NCBI GenBank assembly: GCA_963924565.1
Contig: OZ004614.1
Span: 26,164,001-26,228,000 of the forward strand
Source of the DNA: Ascidiella aspersa
Lineage: Eukaryota
Direction of reading: 5' to 3'
Length of the DNA: 64,000 bases
A program made the position numbers and the translations under genes. This document shows positions 40,301 through 53,217 of this stretch, piece by piece. The stretch's first letter is position 1, and every line of letters begins with the position of its first letter. The notes beneath the pieces were generated by a model that did no database searches, was not told the DNA's origin, and saw only the letters and a program-made list of their open reading frames with translations.

Positions 40301-42137
40301 TTTATTTTAACCCTGTATTCGGCCAATGAAACCCTGCTTAAATGTATACAGAAATATTTTACAGCTATAAGCAGCTTGATGATTTGAAAACGTGTTTGGA
40401 AATGTGATTTGGCTTCACGTATTTAAAAGTTACACATACCAGTCGTACACATGCGTATAATGTGCTTGGTACAGTGATTCTCATAGTGGGATCCATTAGG
40501 CAATTTTTTTGGTTGTGCGATTAAAAAGCTTTTCAGTCGTACAACCAACCAAAAGTAGATAAATTGAAATAGGCGAAGGAAATGAACCCGACTAGTCATT
40601 TCTTTTATCACGTGTTTTACTCAAGCGAATATGTTGTGATGTTTTCCCCTTCCAAGTTATTTTAAATACCAGGAACGCGAAACAAGTTAAAGCTGAAAGT
40701 TACTTTATTACTTCGGTACCTGATCGTCACCGATACCAACCAAGTATCGGACTAGTATCGATACTGTCACACTTGGCATCAAGTATCGGCTCCGATCCTA
40801 TTATCGGACATTCCTAAATGTAACTATCGGCTTTCAAGGCCGACTAATAAGTCGTATACAACATTAACGTGTCGCATAAAATTTGTTGGAGAGCTGTTGG
40901 TCATCCCTAGACTGCTAAGACTTTAAATCCGTAAAAACCGAAGTTCCATATACTCTAGCAAATCATTCACTTGCTTATAGCTGTAAACGTATTTAAAAGT
41001 TCCACATAACAGTCGTACACATGTGTGTAATGTGTCAGCTACCATCTGCTGGTGATTCTCACACTGGGGACCATTAAGTAATTTTGTGCGTTTCGCAAAA
41101 GAAAAGTTTTTTTTTTGTCTTAAACCAACCAAAAATAGGTAAATGGAATTAGGCGAAGCAATTGAACCCTACTACAAAGTTTATCACGTATTTTGATAGG
41201 AAATTGTAACACTATATATATATATATATATAATATATATATATGGATTTTATTATGTTTTTTGTTCGTTTAACATCGATATTTATGTCTTGCAAGTGAC
41301 GGTGAATCATGAAAAAGTGAGTTGTGAACACGACTGGTCTGATTAACCTCGTGAGTGAGTGTAAATCTTTCGTGATGCAGGTATTCATATGCGATCGCCG
41401 GCATCAACATCACGAGCATGACTCACGAGCTCATGAGTGACGGAAGACTGAGATCTCACTTCTTCAACACAGTCATGGGGAGGCCTGACATGAAGCACTT
41501 CCACCAAGTATATTGTGAGTATCCTGCTACAAATACTAGCATTTGTGTGAGGTATTGCCTCGAAGTTGAAATTATCAGAGAACCTTATTTCAAACAAACA
41601 TTTATTTCTTCGTTTTAAATAGGGATGTCCGATAATATCGGATCGGAGCCGATAATACACAAGTGGCAGTATCGGTACTCGTCCGATATTGGGGTATCGC
41701 TGCCAATAACTAATTAATATATAAATTTCGCAATTTCATCTACTTAGCTTTTTAGCGTCGCAATTTCATCTATTTAGCTCGTTTCGTCATACTAATGACG
41801 TCATTTAGCTCGTTTCATCATACTAATGACGTAGTATGCATATTGCAAGAAACCTATTTTTAAAAGCTTTTCCCACTTTTTAAAATTACAAAACTAAATT
41901 GATTAGCTATTGAATCTGTGAGTTCTAAATTTTTGTCTTGATAAATATTCTTTTTCAAGCTAAATTAGCACCTTTAGTGTTTGTCTAGGTTACCTTTTCT
42001 ACGAGTTCGACAAGTTTTGGGTGAAATCGGAACCTGAAAACGTGATGGCCTTCAGCAAAGTAAGGTCCCAGTTCCTCAAAACGGTTCAAGATATTCTTAC
42101 TTTTGTGCCGTCTGCCAGGCTGGTGATCGAACATTGA
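34351..42137 (+). CDS. ELMOD2: ELMO domain-containing protein (ELMOD1/2-like ARF/ARL GAP), 7 exons from the ATG at 34351
   Basis: IKWLVRVVTGTCQLQRI, CLEQIYGYESLFGDVE, HEKMLLK|LWQLL..RVSKQWCNIGFQ|GDDPKTDFRGMGLLGL, G|YSYAIAGINIT, HFHQVY|CYLFYEFDKFW; stop TGA at 42135-37. Confidence 0.92.
36457..37071. mobile_element. hAT-like MITE in an ELMOD2 intron; a related end fragment lies at about 51060-51165
   Basis: TIRs tagggcgattatttttt..gac / gtcaaaaaataatcacccta; flanks tttataag / gttataag. Confidence 0.7.
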
Positions 42138-43866
42138 ACCCTCGGAACATGTCGACACAGCTAGTTTTTGTATTAGTGAATTGAATTGAACTTTTTCCTT
42201 GACATGTTTGAGCTATTGCTTCCTTGTGAACTTATGAGTTACGGTTGCAGAGCGCAGCAACACTTGAGACATCTGTGGTGTTCCATAATCGCGTGGATAA
42301 CTGTGATCTGGCCGGACCCTTTTGTTGTCGTCTCCTGAATAACTAAAATAGCTGAAATACTTTCGGAAAATACAAGTCTGGATATCTTTTTGCTTACAAT
42401 TTTTTTTATTTTTGTACATCTCTAACAAAACTCCTGGTCTTACAAGACAAACCATTTGTTTTAACCTTATAGCTACCAATTGCTTATTTGGCAAAGTTTG
42501 CCCGCCGCCACATGTCCGGTCGGTCGCTGGCGTGTAATCTTAAAGAGACAGACAGAGCAACGTCACTTATACTGCTCCATCTTAGTCGAGAAGCCCGGCG
42601 ATATGGTAAAATAAAAAGAACCTAATGAGCTCCCAGAAAAAACTAGTCTCTTTCTAGGATAGAAAGTCGCGCATCTCAAGCGAGCGCCGTCGCAAACCGG
42701 TCATGGGTAAGGTATTTTTGTTTCCAAAGGGTTTTTTACGTATGACGCAATTTGGTGCCGAGATTATTTGCTTGAATATTACGCAAAAAACAAAAAAATG
42801 TGTGCCATAGTCGGGTGTTTTGGCGTACCATTTAAGAAATAACACGCAACGCTGCACATTGGTTGCATGTCAAATTGTCACAATCGTTTTTAAACCATCG
42901 GCTGTAACATGCGGCTTCAGAAAACTTTTATACCACACCAGTCGAGAAAGCATTTAGTTAAACCATTTCACTCACAATCAGTGGTCAATAGTCAAGGGAA
43001 AATGATCTTAAAGAGACAGACAGAACCACGTGGCTCATATTGCTCCCTCTTAAGCGAGAAGCCGGTATATGAGAAGGAGAGGCGACGTCACACTGTGCGG
43101 GTTAGGGAGTGAATCGTCTGCTACTAAAGGAACAGCGACGCCTCACTTCTCCACGACATTTCGTAAAACTCAACTTAACGTAACCGCGCAAAACTTTTTT
43201 CAAGCGCAATTAACTGCGTGAAATTTGAATTTGGTATATTGTCTTAATACAGATTAATTTCGATGTTCCCAATTTAAGATATATATGTTTAAGAACTTTT
43301 TAAAGTATGTTACCCAGCAAAATTGAGGTAGAGTTCGCTTACGTCGGACGCAGTATATTTCGTTACGTTGGAGCCGGTTGGGTTAGCGCCTATTTACTAA
43401 ACCATCCCGAGAATGATGTAGTGCCGGAAATACGTATTTGTTAGGGCCGACCATCGTCTTCGCTAAATATTAATAGTGTTGCCACTACAACACTGACTGT
43501 ACCCTTAAAAGATTTTATTTTAAATATTGATTTCGACGACCTATTTTAGACACAAAATACGGAACATTAACTTTCGGTTACATGCTAAATTACCATAACT
43601 AAGTTTTAAATCATCGGTTATAAAGAGAGATATAAGCACATTGACACGTTATATGGGTGCAGCTTGGTAGCACAGAAAGTAGCATACAATTCAAGTATAT
43701 TGCCTTAATGTGCACTTTCGTTGCATGTTAAATTGGCACAATGTTTGTTAAACCATCGTCTTAAACATGCGACTTCAGCAAACATTTATACCACACCAGA
43801 TTAGAAGCCGCTTCCTCACATGCCGTATCCTTATAAAGTCTTATTGTGGAAAAGCATTGTTTAAAC

Positions 43867-44367
43867 CAGGGATGTCCAACCTGTGGCCTACCACTAATTC
43901 TCACTTTCAGTAGCCTTTGTTAAAAACAATTGTTTCTACTATCATCGAAACGTGTAAAACTCGCAGTATTTGATGTAGACCTAATCTTATGTTTTATCTG
44001 AGACTATAATCAAGTCTAATGACGCATTTAACATTTATCGAACACGAGGTGTACACACCATTGCTAAGCAAGATGTGTGTTTTTCTAAATGTGTATTTTT
44101 CCGGACCGTTTTAAGGAAATTTATCAGCTCAAACATGTAAAAACAAAATTTACGTGCTTCGCCATAATAAAAATAATAAATAAGGTTGAGAATATTTGCG
44201 CATGGGTTCACTCTTGAAGAGCGGGTGTTTATAAGTTAGGTTATTTGATAACGTCACGATATGACGTAACTTATGACGTCACCCCTTTAATTTGAGAGGT
44301 TTTGCGGCCCACCGAAATTTTTTAAGTGGCAATGCGGCTCATTCTGCTAAAAGGTTGGACATCCCTG
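43867..44367. mobile_element. hAT-type MITE
   Basis: Perfect TIR cagggatgtccaacc...ggttggacatccctg; 8-bp flanks gtttaaac / gtgtaaac. Confidence 0.85.
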
Positions 44368-47145
44368 GTGTAAACCCTTTCAAACACAATCAGCGGTCAA
44401 CAGTCAAAGGACGATCATCGCCTTTTCTGTTTTGCATTGAAAAACGTTTCTCCTATCACAGCGAAATGAAAAAAAAACAGATCAAATATGTTACGAAGTT
44501 TGTATTTACCGAACGTGAAGCGCCAATTAGGTTATTGTTTAGGCGTAAGAAAAAATATATATTTATATTTTCATATTTATTTATCCCTCTGACGAATTCT
44601 TAACATCCCGTTTTGGTTACATGTTAATTCCCACATTCATCTTTCATGGTCATGGTTTACCCACGAGGTAAAATTTGTATGTTGCGTGCCAAATTTGTTA
44701 TTAGCATAAGGAAGCCCAGTGCCGTTTATGTTTTACAATAGGCTACGCGTAAACGCAAAAAGCACTTCACATGGTATGAAACCTTTTGTTGTCAAACGTG
44801 TGCAACGTTCCAAGTAAGTTTATTGCAGTATACAAATTAAAAACAGCTTCTCTGGTAATTTAAATATTTATTACTATGACTGGTAGCAACAGCTTACTTA
44901 TTGCAGTATGTTTAAAATATCGCGTTTGTTGTCGCAGTTTGAACAGCAAGCAGTTTAAATGTAATAGCCCATTATTGTAAAAATGATTGTGGCAATTAAT
45001 ATATTATCAAAAAATGATGTTATGGATAGCGTAAGATCTTCGTCAGAGGCATAACTAGTGCGAAAATATTTTTTCAATTTCAAATCGTGTTTTTGTGCTT
45101 AACGCGGTGATCGAAAGGCGACTACACTGTAAAAAGCAAGGCTCTAGTCATCCCCAGAAGTGTGTCTGAAATGGGTAATCTTAATGCTTCCCCACAATCT
45201 GAGTTACACCTTACAGCGTGCGTGAAAGCGACATTAATGGAATGACGGCTTTAATTATATCGAAATTATCTGCGTGGCTCTATAGATTATAGTTATTTAT
45301 TTATCCGTAAATTGCCATTCATTTTTGCATTTCGTTAAAACAGTGTAAAAAATAAAAATAAAATAACGTATAACCTTAAAAGCAGTTTTGTGTGTGAAAT
45401 AGGTCACTAAAGGAAAGGCGCAAACGCGCTGTGACCATTTAATTACTAATTCACTTGGTACCAGCCTTGTGTTAACTTACTTAAGCCGCATGTTATAGCC
45501 GATGATTTTAATAACTATTGGGGTATTTAACATCAAACCAAATTGCAACGTTGTGTTTTTTTAAATGAAGCTACTAAACACACAACCTTGGCTAAAGATG
45601 TGTCGCATAATTTACGTAAATCCCGTGACATATATCGATCGAAAATAACTAATGCTGATAGGTAGGCTAACTATACTGCGTCCAACTTCCCATTTTAAAA
45701 GTAAATTAGTAAGTGTTTTGATGCCTCATGAAATAATGTTAAGGAAAACGCTACAATAAACGCAATATTTTGCGAACTTAGACTATCTTTTACGTGGTTA
45801 AACAAACTGCAAAAAGCTAATAAACATAAAAGTATAAACTTGCAAAATTAAACTTTATTTTTACCAAGGCAATGTACTTGACTTAAAATGTTGGGAAACG
45901 TTTTACCTTTTACGTCAAAAGGTTTTGCGAGAAGTCGCACGCGCGCACTTTGGAGGGAACGTAACTTCAAACCCCACCCATTAGGCTACCCACCACTAAC
46001 CCAAAGCAGGGAAAACAATGCTAGAAGAGCGTCTCTCCAACAGCGCCTTTACTCTGTTTTCAACTAGAGCCCAAACGACACCAAAAGAACCCAGATAATG
46101 ACCCACGATCATCCCGTATAGCCGCACTATATTTTTAGTCGTTATTTTGCTAATTTATAGGCCGTATTTCCATGAACTTCGGAATTATTTCGACAGATTT
46201 ATGTAGTTTTTAGACTATTTTAGATCTTATTCTATCGTGGTTGGAAAACAATTGCTGTATATTTATACCCGTGTTATTGAGTTAGTTAAAACCTGGCTTG
46301 ACATTCGACTTGCGGCGTAGCATAGGTTTTAGTTTGAAATATTAAGGAAAATTTAAAACGTACACCTTGAATATTTCATAAAGTTAAAATGCCTGCCTCG
46401 ATATATCATTGTCGTTTAATTCTACTTAAAACACCGCAACTAAACACCTCCGGGAACGTCACGGCACACCAGTGCGATGCGGCCCACCGGTTGCGTAGCA
46501 CTGATCTAACATGTTGTAACAGACAGAGGCTATTATATGCTGACCGTTAGTACTGGACCTTAAGCTATTCCTGTAAGTTGCTTGCCGTTTTGATCTTATT
46601 CAATAAACACAGATACGTTTAATACCTTGTTGTGGCTAAGCTGTTGGAACACGCAACCTTCAATAACCTTAACAAATGGAGTCGTATTCACTCTTAGCAT
46701 AAACCAGAATCAGCCTTTACAAACTCAGTTCAGCCCTTAACCAACAATCCAATACTCAAAATTAAAAAGTGCAATTTAAACACATTAAACTGTTAGAACT
46801 CATAAAATATTGTTAAGCATGCTTTTGTGATGCGTGGGAAATTTTAAACACTTTGTTTTAATTTATTATACAATTTGAGCAAGAAAATTTAGTTAAATAA
46901 AATAAACCTGTTAAAATTATTTAAAACAAGGAAGTAGGCCTACCTATGGTCTCTCAGAGCTTATATGGCTCATTTAATGCGGCCTGAAAAAGCTTATACT
47001 TAAAAAAAAGACAGGAAGTAACTGTTCGTTGGGATTCAATAGAAGGTAAAATTGCACATAGTCGAACCACGATACATTATTAGCATGGGTAGGCTACAGT
47101 GGTTTTCTAACGGCAAACTTTTTGCTATGCCTTTAACAGAATGTG

Positions 47146-47351
47146 TGGATCCAGTCTGGCACAATCTTTCCAGCCTTTTTTGCACCCTATAATTTTCTGT
47201 TCTCCTCAATTTAGATGTGTTTGATTTGCATTATTTGCTTGACGGCTGCTTCGATGTCACTTGGTTCCTCTTCGATGATTCGTCGCAGTTCAACACGCTT
47301 TGATCCTCAGACATTCCTCTGCAAATTTAGGAATGACTTAATTTTAAAGCG
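47146..47351 (-). pseudogene. Inverted, frameshifted fragment of ELMOD2 exon 2 plus intronic sequence
   Basis: 47214-47351 is the reverse complement of about 35337-35476 with a 2-nt deletion. 47146-47213 is the reverse complement of about 36350-36442 with an internal deletion. Confidence 0.88.
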
Positions 47352-47971
47352 CAACGGTTGTAGGTTTTAATTGGGCGTTGCAGAAATACCAAAGTTTGTA
47401 TAGAATTTTTTTAAACTTCTTCAGTTTGTTTGCGAGCGTTTAATCGTTCTTATCCAACGCCCGAACAAAAGCAAAGCACTACTTGATGCATGGATTCCAT
47501 GTTTTGAAATTGGTCGTATTATTTGTGAATAAGGCAATTTTGAAATGATTGAAAAAGCATAAATTAAATAAGTGTTCATCTTGCAACCGTTCTCCTACAA
47601 ACAGCAACTTGGTTTGGCCACAATACAACGAGACAAAAAGTCGTAGATAGTAAATAAAGAACTTGAACATTTTATAGCTGAGTGGTTTCGTTCAGACTTT
47701 CATTAACCACGTACCTTTTGCGAGTGATGAGATAACCGATGTTTGGACAAAAAGTGTCCGGTCCAATAACGTCATTAAAATGCTCAAACAATCAAATCTA
47801 TATAATCAAAACAAAAAAGGAATTTTTCCAGCTTGTTACCCCAATATTTTCTTTAGATTAAGGTTACCCTCTTTTTACTATTTTTTTTTATTGATTTTAA
47901 GAATAGCTGCTTTTGATTTCAAATCATGACTGGACATTTTATAATAATTTGCAATCGGATCGAAGCCGATG

Positions 47972-48223
47972 CCACGCTAGTATCGGACGAGTGACGATAC
48001 CACCCTAGTATCGGACGAGTACCGATACCACCCTAGTATCGGACGAGTAACGATACCACCCTAGTATCGGACGAGTAACGATACCACCCTAGTATCGGAC
48101 GAGTATCGATACCACCCTAGTATCGGACGAGTATCGATACCACCCTAGTATCGGACGAGTAACGATACCACCCTAGTATCGGACGAGTAACGATACCACC
48201 CTAGTATCGGACGAGTAACGATA
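47972..48223 (+). repeat. Tandem array, 9 x 28 bp (ccaccctagtatcggacgagtaHcgata), inside a MITE-like element
   Basis: Unit starts at 47972, 48000, 48028 and onward to 48196; there are no unique spacers. Confidence 0.95.
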
Positions 48224-48432
48224 TTTTGCAACTTGGTATCTGGCGAGTGATCTGTTATTATTAAACTATTTTACTTTCTGCTAAAGTTTGATGTGCCGTT
48301 TTATTTGGCCGGTGTGATTTTAAGGTCGCAAATAGACACATATGTAAATTACCAGAGGAGCTACCTTTGTTTATTGTTACGATGCCTGGTAGCAACAGTT
48401 GCACATTTGTAAATAAGGCTTATAGTTTAAAC

Positions 48433-48955
48433 CAGTGGTTCTCAACCTCTTATGCTTCGTGGCGCCCTTTGAAAGGCTCTCAACCCTCGTGGCCCCACTG
48501 TTCATAAAAATGCCTAGCATTTGTACTTAACGTGTTTTCACTTGTTTTACTTTTCGTTTTACAATGGAATGCTTGTTTGGCAACTTAACGCCCTTTAAGG
48601 AAATATCTGTACCTGGCATTCCACGTTAGTTGCTCGCCCAACTGCATTTGACGGACACCTAATGATTAGGCGAAGGTTATAGGCCCGTAATTATTAGCCA
48701 GAAAAAAAACCAACGCCGCATAATATGGCTGCATTTGAAGCTGCAGCACAGTGATTGTTTCGCCACAGCGATGGGCCGCGTTAATCCAAATTTTCCGCGA
48801 TAAAACGAATAAATTATATCGTTTTCAATTACCCGACATAAACGGAAGAGCTTTTGTAATACCGTTACCTAGGTTGAGAGTTATGCCCGTGGCCCCCCAA
48901 TCACCGCTCAGTGGCCCCCCCCAGGTGGGCCGAGGGCCACGGTTGAGAAACGCCG
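48433..48955. mobile_element. hAT (Charlie-like) MITE
   Basis: cagtggttctcaacc...ggttgagaaacgccg; flanks gtttaaac / gcttaaac. Confidence 0.8.
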
Positions 48956-50659
48956 GCTTAAACCAAGACTAAATTAACCTTATCCTGGCCGAACACTTCT
49001 CATTAAAGACTAAATTATTACCGAATTTATATTAGCAAATTTTAATTGTGAGAAACAATATCTTCCCAGAAAAAAGGCGAATTTTTACGGGCTAAAAGAA
49101 ATCAATTCAATTCTATGTCCACAAACAGGACAGCAATAATATTGATTCTGTAATTCATTGCATAAACCAGGAGCCATAATTCCGGCCCGCTTAAATTTGC
49201 CCGGCCACTGCATATTTGTCTTAACAAAGATAAAATACAGTCGAAATAAATATGTTGTTGCTACCAGGCATAGTTTATACTGAAAATATGCTGCTCTGGA
49301 ATTTATTTGTGACAAAAAATATCAGAAGAACTTATTTTTAATAAACAGTTAAAATGTTGTCAGAGTTCGAAACAAGATGATGAAATATCCAATTAACGAG
49401 AAGCTACAGTTGTTAAATATAGCTATTTATATTCAAGGGAAGTCTGAATTAAAATTTTATTTTTGGCTTGCGATCTTCAATCCTTGCACTTACCCATCCC
49501 TTTATGAACAAAAGTGTCCCTGGCATCAACATAAAACTGTGTTCATAAGCAGTATATTACCATTGGTTTATATCGCAGCCCCTTCATGGTGGATTTTGTA
49601 ATGCCCGATTTTTTGTTTGATGTTAAGGATGAAAAATCAAACCAAATACGTTTATTTATACTTTAGCGCTACCTAGCGGTCGTTGATTTATAAAGAAAGG
49701 TTCGCAAGCAACCTGTTTAGTAACTAGACGGGGTTGCGGCTGTTGTATGTTTTGTCGAGGGGTATGTTTCAGGGTGATATAAGTAGTTGGGTCGTTAAAA
49801 CTATATTTATTTACCAGGTTATTTCTTGTTGCTGTGATTTGTTTCTGCAAACATAAACAGATATGGGCCGGAAATTTCCTGCCTTCACCTTTACTGATGC
49901 AAAGGGGGAAGTTGACCAAGAAATAAATTTATGTTATGTTTTTTTGTAAAGACTATGCAAAAATCATTTGCTTCAGTCTTGCCAACCACGCCCCTAAAAA
50001 GCTCCTCTTTTAAATATTATTTTCAGCGTTTATTGGAATACAAACCCACTTCGCTACTACAAAATGCCTGAACAAGTCCTGTTTATGAGATATCGATACC
50101 GCTCGATAGGGGTATAGAGCTTGAAGCGCTTATACGATGAAACCAGACTTATTTTACTCAGGAGAACAAGAGGTAGAGTTGGATGAAGAGTAAGAGGAAA
50201 GCAGTTAGAAGAAGATGCATCAAATTGCCCCGTTTGCATCACCGTCTCCTACATTCGGTATATTAAACCGTATTTACAGCAAATCTTAAATATATTCATT
50301 TCTTAGCTGAAATAACGGAACTTAATTACAACTAGGTTGAAAATGAATAAAGAGTTATTCGAAACGTAAAAAAATGATACCTACTTCTGTATGAGCTGCT
50401 ATATTCTTATTACGTCTTACTACAACCTTCAACCATTATGCTCCAAAGTTAATCACAACCAAATCAACATACAGGCGGGTTAGAGCTGGCAAATATAAAG
50501 TTTGTCTTCAAGATAACATTTCCTCATTTCATTCTCTGCTCGAGGAAACAAAATATCTGACGGTCGAGCTAGAGGAAAATATATCCCCCGACAAGCCCAT
50601 ACAAAATATCCTATTCCTCGTGGTTACAGTAAAGTTCACGTTCGACTGAGCTGCTACAC

Positions 50660-50944
50660 CAGTGCTTGTCAACCTTTTTTGGAACAGTACGCACTTTTAC
50701 GTTTACTACAGAACTGGTACACCCCAGAGTACGAATTGCAGCAAAGTATCTCACAATAACAAATATCAAGAGAAATATTTTGGTTACCAGTCAGTGTGAT
50801 AATAAACCTGTTTATTTATTAGGATACCTAAACATAGGTTTATTGTTATGTAGTATTTTGTACTCCCAAGTACACCCCATCAATGTGGTACATCCTTTAT
50901 TCTGGTACACTTGGGGGTGTACAACACCCGAATGAAAAGCACTA
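50660..50944. mobile_element. hAT-type MITE
   Basis: cagtgctt...aagcacta ends with a perfect 8-bp target-site duplication tgctacac on both sides. Confidence 0.8.
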
Positions 50945-53217
50945 TGCTACACAACAACCTCATTCAAGCATAGCTTCATCCAAACAACGTCTAGCCAGGC
51001 TTATTTAATGCAGTACTTTAAACAACAATAAGCCATTTAAATCAACGTATTTCTAACCTGGTCAAAATTTTGTCAAAATAAATTATTTTTAGGTAAAAAG
51101 TTGCGAAAATTTTAATTTTTCAGGTGAAAATTTCTTATTTTTTAGGTCAAAAAATAATCGCCCTAAAGATAATGTTTAAAACATAGAATAATGTTTAAAA
51201 ACATTCGCTACAGCCTAATGTTGAAAAACTAAAAGACTAACTTTCCTTGCGGACCCTCTGAAACTGCTGTACGGACCCAGTTGGTCCGCCGACCCCAGTT
51301 TGGGAACCGCTGGTTTAGACAAACTTCGAATATAAATAATAAGGAGAAACAAAACGTATTCTACAGCAAACTACATTCGCTAGATTTAAACTGAGTTTTT
51401 AGCACATCGTAAATATTTATGCTGCCATAGTTAAAAGTACGAAACACAATAAACCTAAATTGATTCAACATACAGGCGAGTTAGGGCTGACAACTATGAA
51501 GTTTGTCCTCTACAGAAAAGTTTCTAATTTCATTCTCTGCAGAAGTAAACAAAATATTCGATCGTCGACCAAGCGTCAAACATATTGCTCAAGCAAAACA
51601 TCAGGTTCTTTCTTGTCACAGTGAAGTTCACGTTCGGCTGTGCTTGGCTGCATTTCGTGCAAGCTCCATTTGTGAGATAGCGGCAAATTGGTTAAGTTCT
51701 TTTAAAACAAGAAGACAGGCCCGACCCGTTTAGTAGGTTCTGTTTCGTTTGACTTGTTCATTACAGGGTCTGACGCCAACCGGATTCTGTCGTTAAATCT
51801 GTTGGTGCTCAACGAAATGTCAGGTACTACAAAATATTGTGGCAATATTTTCAAAGACTAAATTTGTTTACAATTGTCCATTATGTTTTACCATCGCAAG
51901 CGAAACGTTTTGCAGTTTTTGTGTAATGATTTTTCCAGTTAAAATTCAAATTTTTGATTCTTCCTAATCCTTGCGAATACGTTTTCATGGTAGTGTAGCA
52001 ATAAACAGACGTTGTTGTGTAATAGCAAGCGCGTCGAAGCTTTCCCATTAGGCTTAATTCATTTCGATTAGTTTGTTACACTATTCTTTACATATTTTTT
52101 TCAGAGGGTGGTGGGCTTGGCAATTTGCTAAACCCCCATTTGGTTTGGGCTCATTACTACCCTGATGTTTGGCATTTTATTTTTAGCGAAAAAGGCATTT
52201 CAACGGGGCAATAGATAATAATGGTTTGGCTTTGTTTTAAGGATGCCATGTTCCCTTGTTAGTCTGCGTTTGAGGTCCCTATAGAATCGCATCAACTGCA
52301 GTTTGTACGCGACTACAAACATAAATCAGATTACGTCACGACTGTGACATAATGGATAAATGACGCTGATAAATTGTATTTTTTACTTTAAAGATGTTTT
52401 TTCCTAAACTTCAGTGACTGCAACTGTAAAGCGGTGGCCGCACATCTGCGACTTGGCATATTATGCTGATATTATTTTTACTTAAGCAAATTCATTTCCA
52501 CTTAAAAACAATTTTTTACTTAAACAAATTCATTTTCCACAAACATTTCACATAATATGCTGATATTAAGAACACTAAACACGGATCTGTTCATAATCTT
52601 CAGTAGAAAGAGAGTGGCCCAAATAATAGATAAAAGATTCATTCTTTTATTAGCAAACTTTTCGGCAATTTCTTTTGCCATCATCAGTGCAGTGAGTGAG
52701 ACCAAGATAAAAACGAGTCACTATATATACGCTCGGACGTTTTAGAACGCTAAATAAACAAAAAAAGGAAGTCGCGAAGTAACGGTGATAAGAACTGCAA
52801 CGGAAAAGTATACACGTGTGGCGAAAGTAGTGAGGTCAATGGGAAGCAACAGATACACGTAAGAGGGAATTAGTAATAAAAATAAAAATAAAATAAGAAC
52901 TCGAGGATGGAAATGCGCGAATATACCATTTCAAAGTGCATACTGTCAGGTCGCTTATAGTCTTGTTGTACATTTACATAATTTAAGAAGAGCGACTGCG
53001 ATGGTGATTAACTGAGTCGAAATGCCGACTGGATTTGCCAGAACGGCCAGGAAAGGAAATGAGTATCGAGGTGAAATATTTAACACTTTGCATGCATCGT
53101 TCTCTACACGTATTAAAAAAGTCTGCTCACTCTTTGCAAGCCACACGGCACAGCTTGCCTTTTGCCACAGTATGCATGTTGCATTATACAAATGAGTTCA
53201 ATAGGTTTCCTTAAAAC

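Noticed and set aside
47972-48223. CRISPR-like array of 28-bp palindromic repeats
   Set aside because: Units are directly adjacent with no unique spacers, there are no cas genes, and the context is eukaryotic.
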